The notes under the pieces were generated by a model, which saw nothing but the letters and a program-made list of their open reading frames with translations, did not search any database and was not told where the DNA came from. This document shows positions 52,857 to 64,000 of a stretch of DNA of 64,000 bases, in pieces (positions within the stretch are counted from its first letter, which is position 1; every line of letters begins with the position of its first letter). The DNA comes from Malacoraja senta (taxonomy: Eukaryota): the NCBI GenBank assembly GCA_038087875.1, contig CM075988.1:15252001-15316000 (forward strand), read 5' to 3'. Position numbers and translations under genes: made by a program.

Positions 52857-53213
52857 GTGTGTAGGAAAGAACTGCAGATGTTGGCCTCCTCCATTGTCAG
52901 AGTAAGGCCCAGCGCAAAGTGGAGGAACAGCACCTCATATTTCGCTTGGGTAGCTTACACCCCAGTGGTATGAACATTGACTTCTCAAACTTCAAATAGC
53001 CCTTGCTTTCCCTCTCCATCCCTTTCCTACTCTCCATCCCCTCCCCCTTCCCAGTTCTCCCACCAGTCTTACTCTCAGACTACATTCTATCTCTGTCCTG
53101 CCCACTCCCCTGACATCAGTCTGAAGAAGGGTCTCGACCCGAAACGTCACCCATTCCTTCACTCCAGAGATGCTGCCTGTCTCGCTGAGTTACTCTAGCA
53201 TTTTGTGTCTACC
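52857..53213 (+). mobile_element. Penelope-like element 3' end: GIY-YIG C-terminus, 3' UTR and hammerhead-like core (53121-53148), preceded by an inverted tail
   Basis: GLLHCQSKAQRKVEEQHLIFRLGSLHPSGMNIDFSNFK*; TSD tttgctttgtg(g/a)cta at 52842-52856 and 53214-53228. Confidence 0.88.
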
Positions 53214-53260
53214 TTTGCTTTGTGACTAAATGTAAATGAAAGACTTAAGCACACACAAAC

Positions 53261-53352
53261 CTGTGAAGTGAGCCCAATGCCAGACTGAGGGGAACAGAGG
53301 GAGCTCTGTGATTGCTGAGACAACGGGAGCAAGTTTGGAGTCTGCAGCGAAC
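53261..53352 (-). CDS. POU2F3: POU2F3 exon: (G)SLQTPNLLPLSQQSQSSLCSPQSGIGLTSQ
   Basis: ttctcag| and CAG|gtttgt; phase 1 to 0; similar to human GLQPNLLPFPQQQSGLLLPQTGPGLASQ. Confidence 0.93.
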
Positions 53353-53824
53353 CTGAGAATGCATTAAAAAAAATTACACAATGGCTACATCACAACATTA
53401 CAATGTACATCCTATAGAGAAACAAATGATCAAAAGAGGGAAAATCAACCGGGATTTCGATCTGATTGAAGATATGGACCGAAGGGCCTATTCTTATGTT
53501 GTACTGTTCTATGATGGGTCATCCACGGTAGAACTTGTTTTCAGAGATGGAACTAGTTACTGATCAGACACTTGATCAAATCAATCAAGGATTGAGGGGT
53601 ATCCCTCTCCCTTAATCACACTGGGCCCCTCCCCAACCAACCAATATATTTCCCTTTCCACCAACAAGGGATCCTCAGCCCCTCTGCCCTATCCTGTCCC
53701 AACTTGAACAGGTATTCTTCTCACCATCCACCCCTCGCCAATATAGCCAGTTAATCCATTCTCATTAACCCAAATTCAATAGGAGTTCCTGCCTTTCCCT
53801 TCAATACCTCAGCCTGCCATGGCG

Positions 53825-54128
53825 TTTAGTTTGGAGATGCAGCGCGGAAACAGGCCCTTCAGCCCACTGAGTCAGCGCTGACCAAAGATATCCGCACACT
53901 AATACTATCCTACACACACAAGGCACAATTTACAATTTTACCAAGCCAATTAGACAACAAACTTGTACATCTTTGAAGTATAGGAGGAAACCGGAACATC
54001 TGGAGAAAACCCATGCGGCTCACAAGGGGAATGTACAAACTGCATATAGATAGTACCCGTAGTCAGGAATGAATCTGGTTCTCTGGCGTGGTAATGCAGC
54101 ATCTCTACCACTGCCACCATGCCACCCT
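53825..54128 (-). mobile_element. HE1/V-SINE-like element
   Basis: Family head, body and tail. Confidence 0.85.
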
Positions 54129-54399
54129 TATTCCCTCTGAACCCAACATGGACAGGTCTTCAAGGATCCCCAAACACAACAAGTGCTTCTGCCACATCAC
54201 AACCCCAAACTTAACAGGTCTCTTCTCCATTCCCTCCCTCACCTCTCACTACTGAACACCAATCCCGACAAATGTTCCTCCACTCCCCCACCTCAAGCGA
54301 TCTTTCACCAGCAAACCCCATCGTGCCACACACCTCAATCCAGAGAAACATCCCTTCACCACTCATTCCAGATTGGGACAGACATTACCTCCATCCATC

Positions 54400-54623
54400 C
54401 AACCAACCTGTTCATCGCAATGGCCATCTACAGCTCCCAATTGCAAGTCATTGTAATTCCCTCCCACTACAACCTGTCTGGACTTGGCCTCCTCCACTGC
54501 CAGGGAGAGGCTGTATGCAAATTTGCAGAACAGCAGCTCACACTCTGCCTGTGTGTTCCACAACCCAGCGACATGAACAATGAATTCTCCAAGTTCAGAT
54601 AACCTGCTCTCCTCCTGTCCCCT

Positions 54624-54672
<49 letters not shown>

Positions 54673-55235
54673 GAACTCTAGTCCTCTTACACACCCCCTT
54701 CTTTCAAAAACTATTACCCCACCCTAGTCTCTATCACCCAGTTTCTTGCCCTTCTCCCACCTACATCATCTGCCCACCACCTACACTGGGTTCTCCCATC
54801 CCCTCCCCCCACCATTCCCAACTTCACACCATATGGTTCCATTCTTCACCTTTCTTTCTTATTGGAATCAATAATTTGAGCCCTTTGTTGTCTGCACTCA
54901 TCACCTCTCAGCTTCTATCACTACCTCAAGTTTGAGTTTTGTTTATTGTCATGTGTACGAGGTACAGTGAAAAGCTTTAGAACGAGCCATCCACAGTGTA
55001 CAGATACATGATCAAGGGAATAACGTTTAGTGCACTTCTCTTCCTGACTCCATCTGCAAATCAACCCCTCCTCACCTGGATCCACATATCACTTGACCCA
55101 CACCAATCCCTCACCTCTTTACATAGGCTATCTCCTATGTCCATTTTCCTGCACGGATGCTGCCTGGCCTACTGAGTTCCTCCGGATGGAGCCTTTCGCT
55201 CCAGATTCTATCATGTGCAGTCTCTTGTGTCTCCT
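54400..55235 (+). mobile_element. Older Penelope-like 3' end including a (CT)n tract at about 54629-54669
   Basis: LSGLGLLHCQGEAVCKFAEQQLTLCLCVPQPSDMNNEFSKFR* is homologous to the 52883-52999 peptide; family tail at about 55155-55235. Confidence 0.7.
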
Positions 55236-55845
55236 ATTCATGCATTCCTCTACTCTGACCCAATCAGGTGTCCCACTACCTTTAGCAGCTTAATCCAGCT
55301 AGGTGTTCCACTGCCCACATGAAGGCATTTGTCTATCTCCGCCAACCCAATTCAAACGCATTGCTTCCTCCTCTTCCAATCTGGAGCAGCATTGTTTTGA
55401 AGCACACCCAACTCTGAATACTGTCTGAAAATCCAAAACTGCATATAAACTGGCAATCTAAACTCAAAGCAGAAAACGCTGGGTGCACTCAGCAAGTCAG
55501 GCTGCATTGTGAAAGAGAAATCATTCATGTTTCAATTAAAAAAACATTTCGATTAAAGGGGTCTTCAACTTGAAATGTGAACTCGATATCTCTTTCCACA
55601 GATACATTCTCAACGGCCGATTTAATTTTAATTCCAGTGCAATATTGGTCTATCTCCAACAGACAACCCAAATGGGATGTGGTTTTTTAACCATCCCCAA
55701 CCTCCACAACGTTCCCTGCTATTCCTCTCGTGCTGCCCCAAACAAATCAGGCCTTTCTGTTTCCCTGGAATACTCCGTGACATACTGATATAATTACTGA
55801 TATGTGTGTAAGCAAGTTGCTGAGAGCAGGACAATAGATTACCTT

Positions 55846-56031
55846 AGACACAAAAAGCTGGAGTAACTCAGCGGGTCAGCCAGCATCTCTGAAGAAAAGG
55901 AATAGATGACATTTCGGGTCGAGACAATTCTTCAGACTCTGACTCTGACAAACTGTTGTCTGACCCGCTGAGTTACTCCACCTTTTTGTATCTATCTTCG
56001 GTTTAAACCAGCATCTGCAGTTCCTTCCTAC
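55846..56031. mobile_element. Penelope-derived inverted pair whose TSD overlaps a POU2F3 splice donor
   Basis: Flanked by acaatagat(t/c)acctt at 55831-55845 and 56032-56046. Confidence 0.88.
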
Positions 56032-56043
56032 ACAATAGATCAC

Positions 56044-56149
56044 CTTGATGGTTTTGCTGTGCCTGAGGCAAGAGGAACGTTGCTGCTGTTTGCAGGTGAT
56101 GCCCAGGTACGACCACCAGTTGCTGCAAGGTGTGAAGTGGCTGCAGGTC
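56044..56149 (-). CDS. POU2F3: POU2F3 exon: DLQPLHTLQQLVVVPGHHLQTAATFLLPQAQQNHQ(G)
   Basis: ttcccttag| and AAG|gtgatc; conserved POU2 LQQLV.VPGH motif. Confidence 0.94.
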
Positions 56150-56758
56150 CTAAGGGAACAGGGTACTTGTCAGTCTCAGAGTTATGACCTGCAACATCTC
56201 AGCTCCTACTCAGAATCTCTTCCCTAGTAAAGCTATTCACTTCATAAACAGATTCCCAGTGCTTGCAATTGAGTCCAATCATATCACACTCTCTCCCCAC
56301 AAAACATGCCCCATATTTCATCATCAAACACCCCCATCCCAATTTCACCCTGCCCACAATGTTATTCCTTTGCTCCCTTTCTGCCCCTTTCCAACCTCCA
56401 CTTCCCAATATAATTAATGCCCGCACCAATCCTGCCTCCTCACCCACACCCCATGCCCATACAGTCGCTGCTCCCAATGCAATCTCAGGCACTCCATTTC
56501 AAACACCTCATCCCCACTCCCAATCCAATCTCACTCGCCATCACAACAGATTATCCGAACATCCATATAAATATTTTCCTTAAATAGATAGTCCAGCAGG
56601 AAAACATGTGAGGTGGCTGCAAATGCACGAGTTGAAATGCTATTTCTCACAACTACAGCTATCTTGGTGAATGGATGGTGTGTGCAACAATCCACTTTCA
56701 GCTGTGCCAATACACATCACTGGCATCTGCATCAATCAAGATCTATCTCTGCTGATAC

Positions 56759-56794
56759 CTGTGGAGGCGAGTCTCTCTGGTCCTCAGTTTTGAT
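56759..56794 (-). CDS. POU2F3: POU2F3 exon: IKTEDQRDSPPQ
   Basis: ccattttccag|ATCAAAACTGAGGAC matches human IKTEDLSDS; donor CAG|gtatca, with an in-frame stop soon after if it is not used. Confidence 0.82.
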
Positions 56795-57544
56795 CTGGAA
56801 AATGGAAAATAACCAGCATCAAACATAAGACATAATAGAATTCAGTTTTGTGCAGACATCACCCATGCCATTCCAGACATCAGGGACCCATCAACATTCA
56901 ACCAGAGCGTCAGAGATAGCCTGCACCTATAACTCCAATAGTCCCAGCGTCCCTGAACCATCCAGCCGTTGATCATCAATTTCCAATAGCAGGGTCTGCA
57001 TCCTGATCTTCCACATCCTGGTCAGGAGACACAACTGTCCCCTTATTCGGTATTATGGAAGTTAAATGTAAACATCCCCATTGCAGCCTGACCAATAGCA
57101 CACACCAGGCTGGAAACCTGTTATCTTCCTGAACCACATGGCTCACATGACCAACCCAGTTGACCCCATGAGAATTTATTTCTAATACCAATGCTTTAAG
57201 TATTAATCTGGGGATGGTTCAGAACCCCCACAGGCCTCCGGTCCCAAGTTAATACTCGGAGTACAGTGTAGAGTTTGGAACATTGGAGCCTCTCCGGGAT
57301 GTGGTAACTGGGCTAACAGAATCTGACTACTTGACAAAGGAAACAGACATGCAAGGATAAAATGTTTAAGAAGGAACTGCAGATGCTGGAAAATCGAAGG
57401 TAGACAAAAATGCTGGAGAAACTCAGTGGGTGAGGCAACATCTATGGAGCGAAGGAAATAGGCAACGTTTCGGGTCGAGATAAAATGCTTTGTTTACAGA
57501 TAATTCTGTTTTATTTTTTGTGCACAACCATTGTAAATGAGTGT

Positions 57545-57720
57545 ACACAAAAATGCTGGAGAAACTCAGCGGGTGCAGCAGCATCTATGGAGCGAAGGAA
57601 ATATGTAAAGTTTCGGGCCGAAACCCTTCTTTACGGAGGGGGACAAAGGTAAGACCTCTGCTGAGGACAGACCGTTCGATGTCGGAGAGGGGGAGGTCGG
57701 GGTGGATGGTGAACACCCGG
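57545..57720 (-). mobile_element. Penelope fragment joining an ORF N-terminal piece directly to the terminal repeat
   Basis: RVFTIHPDLPLSDIERSVLSRGLTFVP (PLE N-terminal LS.GL.F.P motif); perfect 16-bp TSD cattgtaaatgagtgt at 57529-57544 and 57721-57736. Confidence 0.82.
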
Positions 57721-57734
57721 CATTGTAAATGAGT

Positions 57735-57902
57735 GTTAGATAGAGCTCTAGGGGCTAGTGGAATCAAGGGATTATGGGGAGAAGGCAGGCACGGGTTATT
57801 GATTGGGGACGATCAGCCATGATCGCAATGAATGGCGGTGCTGGCTCGAAGGGCCGAATGGCCTCCTCCTGCACCTATTTTCTATGTTTCTATGTTTCTA
57901 TA
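57735..57902 (+). mobile_element. Young CR1 3' tail
   Basis: ggctcgaagggccgaatggcctcctcctgcacctattttctatgtttctatgtttcta. Confidence 0.9.
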
Positions 57903-58854
57903 AATTGTAGTATGACAATTTAAAATAAGTAACCAAAAATACAATATAAAAGGTTGATCAAACAGGATATTTTGTGGCATTTTAATACATTTCTGAGAAT
58001 TGACTGTCCTTGCTACACCCACGACCCCAGCAACCCTCCCCACTCACCCACAAACACTATGAACTTCTACAAAGGCTTCTGTACTCTCAACTTGCAGCTG
58101 AAGCACAAGATGCACCAAGAGTGTTAAATGTCACTGAATGTGTAGTCACAAGCCCATAAACCAAACAGGTTGGACTGGGTAGGCTGGGCCCCACCTACCC
58201 TCTGTATGCAAATTCCCACTCCTACAAGCACTCATTTCCCGACACTAACCACAACCTCTGACTGAGATCATCCCTCCACCCACTCCCACTGCAGCTCAAT
58301 AGCAAATGGTTCAACTCAAGTGATTCTAAAAGAAAGGAAAGAAAACAAACAAAACACTAGCCATGTGGCCAGCAAATGGGCAGAGATATCCCAATCAAGC
58401 ACAAAGAAACTTCAGGTAGTTAAATGGTCCAAATGTTCTGATTTAACTTTTGTTAACCAAAACTTTCCGAGTTAACTGAGCACAGCATGAGAGAAGTCAA
58501 TATGGAATCTATGACTAAACCCCATTTCCTGCTCACCTCTTCTGAAAGTGCTGACTCTTGTTGGATAAGATTCAGTGAAGAACAATTATCCCGTGATCTT
58601 TACGCCCCAAATGGCCTGTTAGCAGGTTTGCTCCTAAGTCCTAGACATCATCAGGACCCAGGCATTGAAATTTAATCCACCTTCTACACTATCAAATACT
58701 ACCACCTTGGGGTGATGCAATGCAAGTTAGATGTAGAACAACCCTGTGTCTGCATTTCCAAGAAAGGTTGGGCTCATGAAATATGGAGCAAATCTCTTGC
58801 AAAGCCCAAATGTAACACTCCCATGGGAAATGCAGCATGCGGCAGTTTGGCATA

Positions 58855-59140
58855 ATTTAGAGTTTCAGCGTGGAAACAAGCTCTTTGGCCCACAGATTCC
58901 GCACCGACCAACGATCACCTGGACAGTAGATCTACATGATCTCAGTTTCACATCCTACACACTAGGGACAATTTACAGAAGCCAATTAGCCTACAAATCT
59001 GCATGTCCATGGAGCATGGGAGGTAACCAGAGCACCCGGAGAAAACCCATGCTGTCACAGGGAGAAGGTGCAAACTCCACACAGACGCCACCTAGGTCTC
59101 TGGCGCTGTGACGCAGCAACTCTACCGCTGCGTGCTGTCA
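58855..59140 (-). mobile_element. HE1/V-SINE-like element
   Basis: Family head, body and tail. Confidence 0.8.
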
Positions 59141-59999
59141 TAAGTATTAATAGACGTAGAGAAGAATGTACACGTTTTGAGAAAAACATTTTTTGCCAAT
59201 AGATGATGGGAATCGTATGTAAAAACAGAAAATGCTGGAAAATGCAGCAATGCAGATAATATGTGTGGACACAGATAAAAGTCAACACCTTGGTTCTGAT
59301 GAAAGCTCATAGATTCAAATCTTTCCATAAGTGCTGCCTGATTGCTGAATATTTTTGACAGCATTTTTGTAACTTGCACTTTTGATATATTGGAGCTGAA
59401 GGGCCAGCACAGGCTCCAGCAAAATCTGGGGACATTGGGTTTCTCGTGGCTGGAAAATTAGAGAAGTTTGGATGAAGGTGGTGGGGTGCAGTAGATGGTG
59501 CAGGGAAGTGGACTGGTGTAAAGGAGAGTGCTGATTGCTGGTCCAGAGGTACAGAAGTTCAGGTAGTCATTCTGCTATGGGTGAGGGAGAGCAAGACTAA
59601 GGCAGTAAATGACACCGTGAGATATGGGATTTAAAGATCAGCTAATAATAGAACAGGAACTGAGATTATCGACTCCATTCAAACCACCTAAAGGTAAAGT
59701 CTCACATGTCCAATCCAGAATCATTTTCTGATCATTTAATGTTAACCTTAAACCCTACTTCAGTCTCAATGCAGAACTGCCTCAACCAGATAAAAGGTCA
59801 ATGAAAAGTCATTAACCTGACATGTTAACGGTTCCCTCCTCTGAAATGCTGCCTGACATGCTGAGTATTACAGAATTTTCTGCTTTTAACTTAACTTTGC
59901 CAACGTTCTAACCCTGACAAAATCGAGCCCCTTCTATACCTCAAGCTTAATCATTTATCCTAAATACTAAACCAAACCAGTATTCATAATCTAAAATTT

Positions 60000-60290
60000 G
60001 GGGTGGCACAGGGGCCTTACAATGTCAGAGACCCAGGTTGGATCCTGACTGGGTGCTGTCTGCATGGAGTTTGTTCATTCTCCCTGTGACTGCGTGGGTT
60101 TTCTCCAAGTGCTCCGGTTTCCTCATACATTCCAAAGACGTGCAGGTTTGTAGATTCATTGGCCTCTGTAAAGTGTCCCTCGTGTGTAGGATAGAGCCAG
60201 TGTATGGGTGATCATTGGTCGGCATGGACTCGGGGGTGGGGGGGGGGGGGCAAAGGGCCTGTTTCCATGCAGTATCTCTAAAATAAACCA
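60000..60290 (+). mobile_element. HE1/V-SINE-like element
   Basis: Family head, body and tail. Confidence 0.85.
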
Positions 60291-60452
60291 AGTTGAAATC
60301 TAGACCCAAATCTAACATTCCCTTTGTGGTAAATAGTTGTGGTCGTTATATTGGTGCTTGTGCCTCAAAATTATTCATGAGGAAAGTATGATTTATCAAT
60401 GAGTTGGAATAAAGAAAGTTCAACATGAAGAATTTGACTGAGTAACACTCAC

Positions 60453-60487
60453 CTGCCGAGTATAGCCAAGGCCATTCTGTTCAATAC
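60453..60487 (-). CDS. POU2F3: POU2F3 35-nt exon: (G)IEQNGLGYTRQ
   Basis: ttttttatgtcag| and CAG|gtgagt; similar to human NDRNGLDFNRQ. Confidence 0.88.
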
Positions 60488-61064
60488 CTGACATAAAAAA
60501 TAAAGTATGAATATTCAGAACAGTTCCATTTACTGAAGCAGTGAGAATTACAAACTCATGATCTGTGGCACTAGAGGGAGCATCATCATCTTACAGCTTG
60601 ATTATTATTAATAGAGGCCTTTTGGGTGGCCAGATTTGACTTATTCTCGGTACTTGGATAATAAATGATTATTTTTCCCCTTATTCATTCTTTAGTGACA
60701 ATTACGAGTGAGGCCAACATGTATTTTCTGTCTGTAACTGCTCTTGAGTTGGGCAATCCGCCTTCTGGAACTAGTGTAATCCTTCTGGCATAGGCATCCC
60801 CACAGTGCTTTTGTGCAGGCAGTTCCAGGATTTAGATGCTGTGGCAACAGAGGTTCATCCCAAATAGCTAACCTTCCACTTTCACAGGACACAGCAAGAT
60901 GGGGTTTTGAACATTGAAGGACCAAGCTTGGTTTAAATACGTGCACACACCACTCAGAAAGCCACCCACACCCTTCAGCTCACCAGGAGCTTTTAGCATT
61001 CCTACAATTAGCATGGAATTTGGGTGAGAGAAAGAGAAAGCAAACAGCAATACCCATATTTTAT

Positions 61065-61340
61065 AGGATGGCACAGTGGTGCAACTGGTTCACAGTACAA
61101 GAGAGCTGGGTTCACTCCTGACCTTGGGTGCTGTCCGTCTGAGTTTGCTCATTCTCCCTGTGACTGTGTGGGTTTCCTCTAGTTTCCCCACACATCCCAA
61201 AGATGTGCGGGTTTCTAGGTTAATGGGCCTCAGTAAATTACCCCAAGTGTGCAGAGAGTGGATGCGAAAGTGGAACAACATAGAACTAGTGATGTGGACT
61301 CAGTAGGCCAGAGGGCCTGTTTACATGTGGTATCTCTGAA
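61065..61340 (+). mobile_element. HE1/V-SINE-like element
   Basis: Family head, body and tail. Confidence 0.85.
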
Positions 61341-61874
61341 ACAAAAGCACTAAAGTAGGATGAAAGAGTAAAGAAGAGCAGGGGAAGGAAGCAAAATAGA
61401 CCCCTCCGAGGTACATGGGATGCGAGCTTGCTCCCTAAAAGCTGCAGTGAGTCACATTGCCCTGTGCAGCTTTGGATAGAGACATGTTTTCAGTTGCACT
61501 TTTTAGAACCCTTTGCTGCAAGGAACAGGCATGGGCAAGGAATGAGTCCATGTCTAACAGGGCTGCCTGGCACAGGTGCAGTGCACAGGAGGCACAAGTG
61601 ATCCAGGGATGGGGATTTAGTGCTGGATGAAGGGAACAACTTTTGTTATGTTTCCATGTCATTTAATTCTCCACAAACACTGTAGTTCTGTTGGGCATCT
61701 AATTTGAATTTCAAATGAGCTCCCCTTTGCTCGTACATGGGCAGCCTCCTCTCCTCCAGTATGTAAATCCTTCCTTCTCACGAGGCTCCAGTATGAAAAT
61801 TAGTTTGAAATATGCAAATTTCTGAGAGCCTATTACTATGGCAACTTCTCCATGCTTCAGAGTGAGTGGGGATG

Positions 61875-61875
61875 T

Positions 61876-61913
<38 letters not shown>

Positions 61914-61920
61914 TGTATAT
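61875..61920. repeat. (AT)n microsatellite
   Basis: Direct observation. Confidence 0.95.
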
Positions 61921-62622
61921 GTCTATACATGTGGGTGTGCAATACTTAACCACGCAGACCAGAAGATTTCAACTTTGATACCCAGTCCGATGCAAGTCAA
62001 ATGATTATGGACAAGATAGAAACATAGAAAATAGGTGCAGGCTTAGGCCATTCGGCCCTACCTCCAACCAGCACCTCCATTTAATATGATCATGGCTGAT
62101 CATCCAGAATCAGATTTAGAAACAAAACTGAAGTATGAGGGGGTGCTCATCAGAGGATTTTTTTTTTCCACATATTTATGAATAAAGTTTAAAAATAACA
62201 AACTCTTGGAGGGTTCTAGATCTAGAATAGGACAGCAGTGGATCTGACCTTAAGGTGATCAAGCACCATCCAAATGCATCACAGGATAGTTGAACCTACA
62301 CTTATATAAAAAAAAGTCAAATGGAGATTAAAAGTCTCATTTTGCCCATGCTAAATGCAGCTTCCCTGCTAAATTGACCGAGATTATATCTGAGAGCGTG
62401 TTTTTCACATCTACTTTCAGAGAAGAGAGGAACCGAGCCAGTCCAACTGAAAATATGCAAATAATGAACTGCTCAGCAAAAACAATGTATTTAGGATCCG
62501 GCTCCTGGGTCTTTGCTCAAACGGTAAAAACTCCAGCAGCCACGCCTGATTTACAATGCCCAAGGCATCGAGCAAGCACAAGAACTGGATGATACCAAGC
62601 CAAAACTGCCTTTTCCTCTTAC

Positions 62623-62658
62623 CTTTCAGGCGCCCTGGTTGGGATAATTGAACGCACT
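62623..62658 (-). CDS. POU2F3: Possible upstream POU2F3 exon, 36 nt: (x)CVQLSQPGRLK(G)
   Basis: tactttactag| and AAG|gtaaga; open in phase 1 to 1 as the next exon requires, but only weak peptide similarity. Confidence 0.35.
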
Positions 62659-62737
62659 CTAGTAAAGTAGGAATAAGACAGAGTTGTCTCCATCATCAGA
62701 TCCTGCTCCCCATTTCGCAGGTTCATCAAAAGGAAGC

Positions 62738-62896
62738 AAGGAATGTGTGACGTTTCGGGTCGAGACCCTTATTCAGAGTCTCGACCCGAAACATCACCCA
62801 TTCCTTCTCTCCAGAGGTGCTGCCTGTCCCGATGAGTTACTCCAGCATTTTGTGTCTATCTTCGATTTAAACCAGCATCTGCAGTTCTTTCCTACA
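62738..62896. mobile_element. Penelope-derived inverted pair
   Basis: gtgacgtttcgggtcgagac / gtctcgacccgaaacatcac plus the family tail. Confidence 0.85.
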
Positions 62897-63149
62897 TGAT
62901 AAGACACGAGAGCGGATAATGGAGCATTTAACGGGAGGGTCTGTAAACATTCCCATCTTCAACCTGGAGTCTAGCTTACAATAGCACAACTTGGAAAATA
63001 TTTGGGCTTGGCCCGATAATTGCAAGTAACATTCATTTTACACAAGTAATGACCACAGCTAGGAAGAGAAAATCTAACCATGTCCCTCTCACATTCAGCC
63101 CCTTTAACAGTCTTGAATCCTTCACCATCAATATTCCAAGAATTCCCTA

Positions 63150-63300
63150 CTAGTTTAGTTTAGAAATACAGCATGGAAACAGGCCCTTTGGCCCACTGTG
63201 TCTGCGCCGACCAACGATCACCCCGTACAATAGTTCTATCCTACACACTAAGGACAATTTACAGAAGCCAATTAACCTACAAACCTGTACGTCTTTGGAA
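63150..63300 (-). mobile_element. HE1-like SINE 3' half
   Basis: Tail tagtttagtttagaaatacagcatggaaacaggccc and body. Confidence 0.85.
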
Positions 63301-64000
63301 TTGACTCTTATTCAATGAACCAGGAATATAAAGATATATCATGGCTACATGACCAGATCTCTCTCAGAGAAGGTCCCACCTTCTGATTCCTCACTATCTG
63401 TCCGTCATCTACAGTATAAGTAAGTAAGTTTATTGGCCAAGTATTCACATACAAGGAATTTGCCTTGGTGCTCCACCCACAAGTAACAACATGACATACA
63501 GTGATAGTTACGAATGACTCAGAAAACACTAAACATTAATAATAATAAAACATTAATGATAAAACACCATTGATCAAGCATGTGAACCAACAAAATACCA
63601 GATCAAAGGGAGGCTACAGATTTTTGGCTGTTGAGTAGAGCAACTACTCGTGGATAAAAACTGTTTTATAAAGGCAGATTTATAGTTATGATGGAATTTC
63701 CCCACTTACATGGATTAATGTCACTCAAACACTCTGGTGGCTCAATACAATAAAGGAAGTAACAACCTCATTAATTGATATTGCATCCATATCTGCTCTC
63801 GATATTCACTCCTCCACCATCAGCATATCATGTCTCGGAGTGGCGGCGCCTAACGGCAGCGGCTCGACTGCAGTCCATCTGTCTTTTTTAAATTTTTGTC
63901 CCGTTAGATGGATGTTTTTGGTTCTAATTTTTATTATTTTTTAGCTGTGTATATGTGGGGGGGGGTGGGGGAAACCGTTTAATCTCTTCCCTATACGGGG

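Overview
Vertebrate genomic DNA, most likely from a cartilaginous fish (skate/ray-like), judged from its repeats: HE1/V-SINE-type tRNA SINEs, CR1, Rex1/Babar, Penelope and a DeuSINE. Three spliced genes lie in tandem on the minus strand, in the order I recall from human 11q23. POU2F3 has 11 coding exons reconstructed at 60487->40514 with consistent splice phases; its first exon(s) are not securely found. TLCD5/TMEM136 has a complete 245-aa CDS in two exons plus candidate 5' exons and a CpG-island promoter. ARHGEF12 contributes its first coding exon and CpG island. The rest is mostly transposon-derived. Highlights: (1) a dense family of short Penelope-derived insertions carrying a minimal hammerhead-ribozyme-like core, linked within the window to a GIY-YIG endonuclease C-terminus; (2) one such insertion whose target-site duplication copied a POU2F3 splice donor; (3) a young, near-intact 3.6-kb L1 nested in a hAT MITE, in sense orientation just before the POU-domain exons; (4) a 1.8-kb G-quadruplex-type minisatellite abutting the TLCD5 promoter; (5) a candidate uORF versus N-terminal-extension switch at a tandem splice acceptor of TLCD5. 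Gene and family names rest on remembered homology, not database searches, and repeat boundaries without TSDs are approximate.
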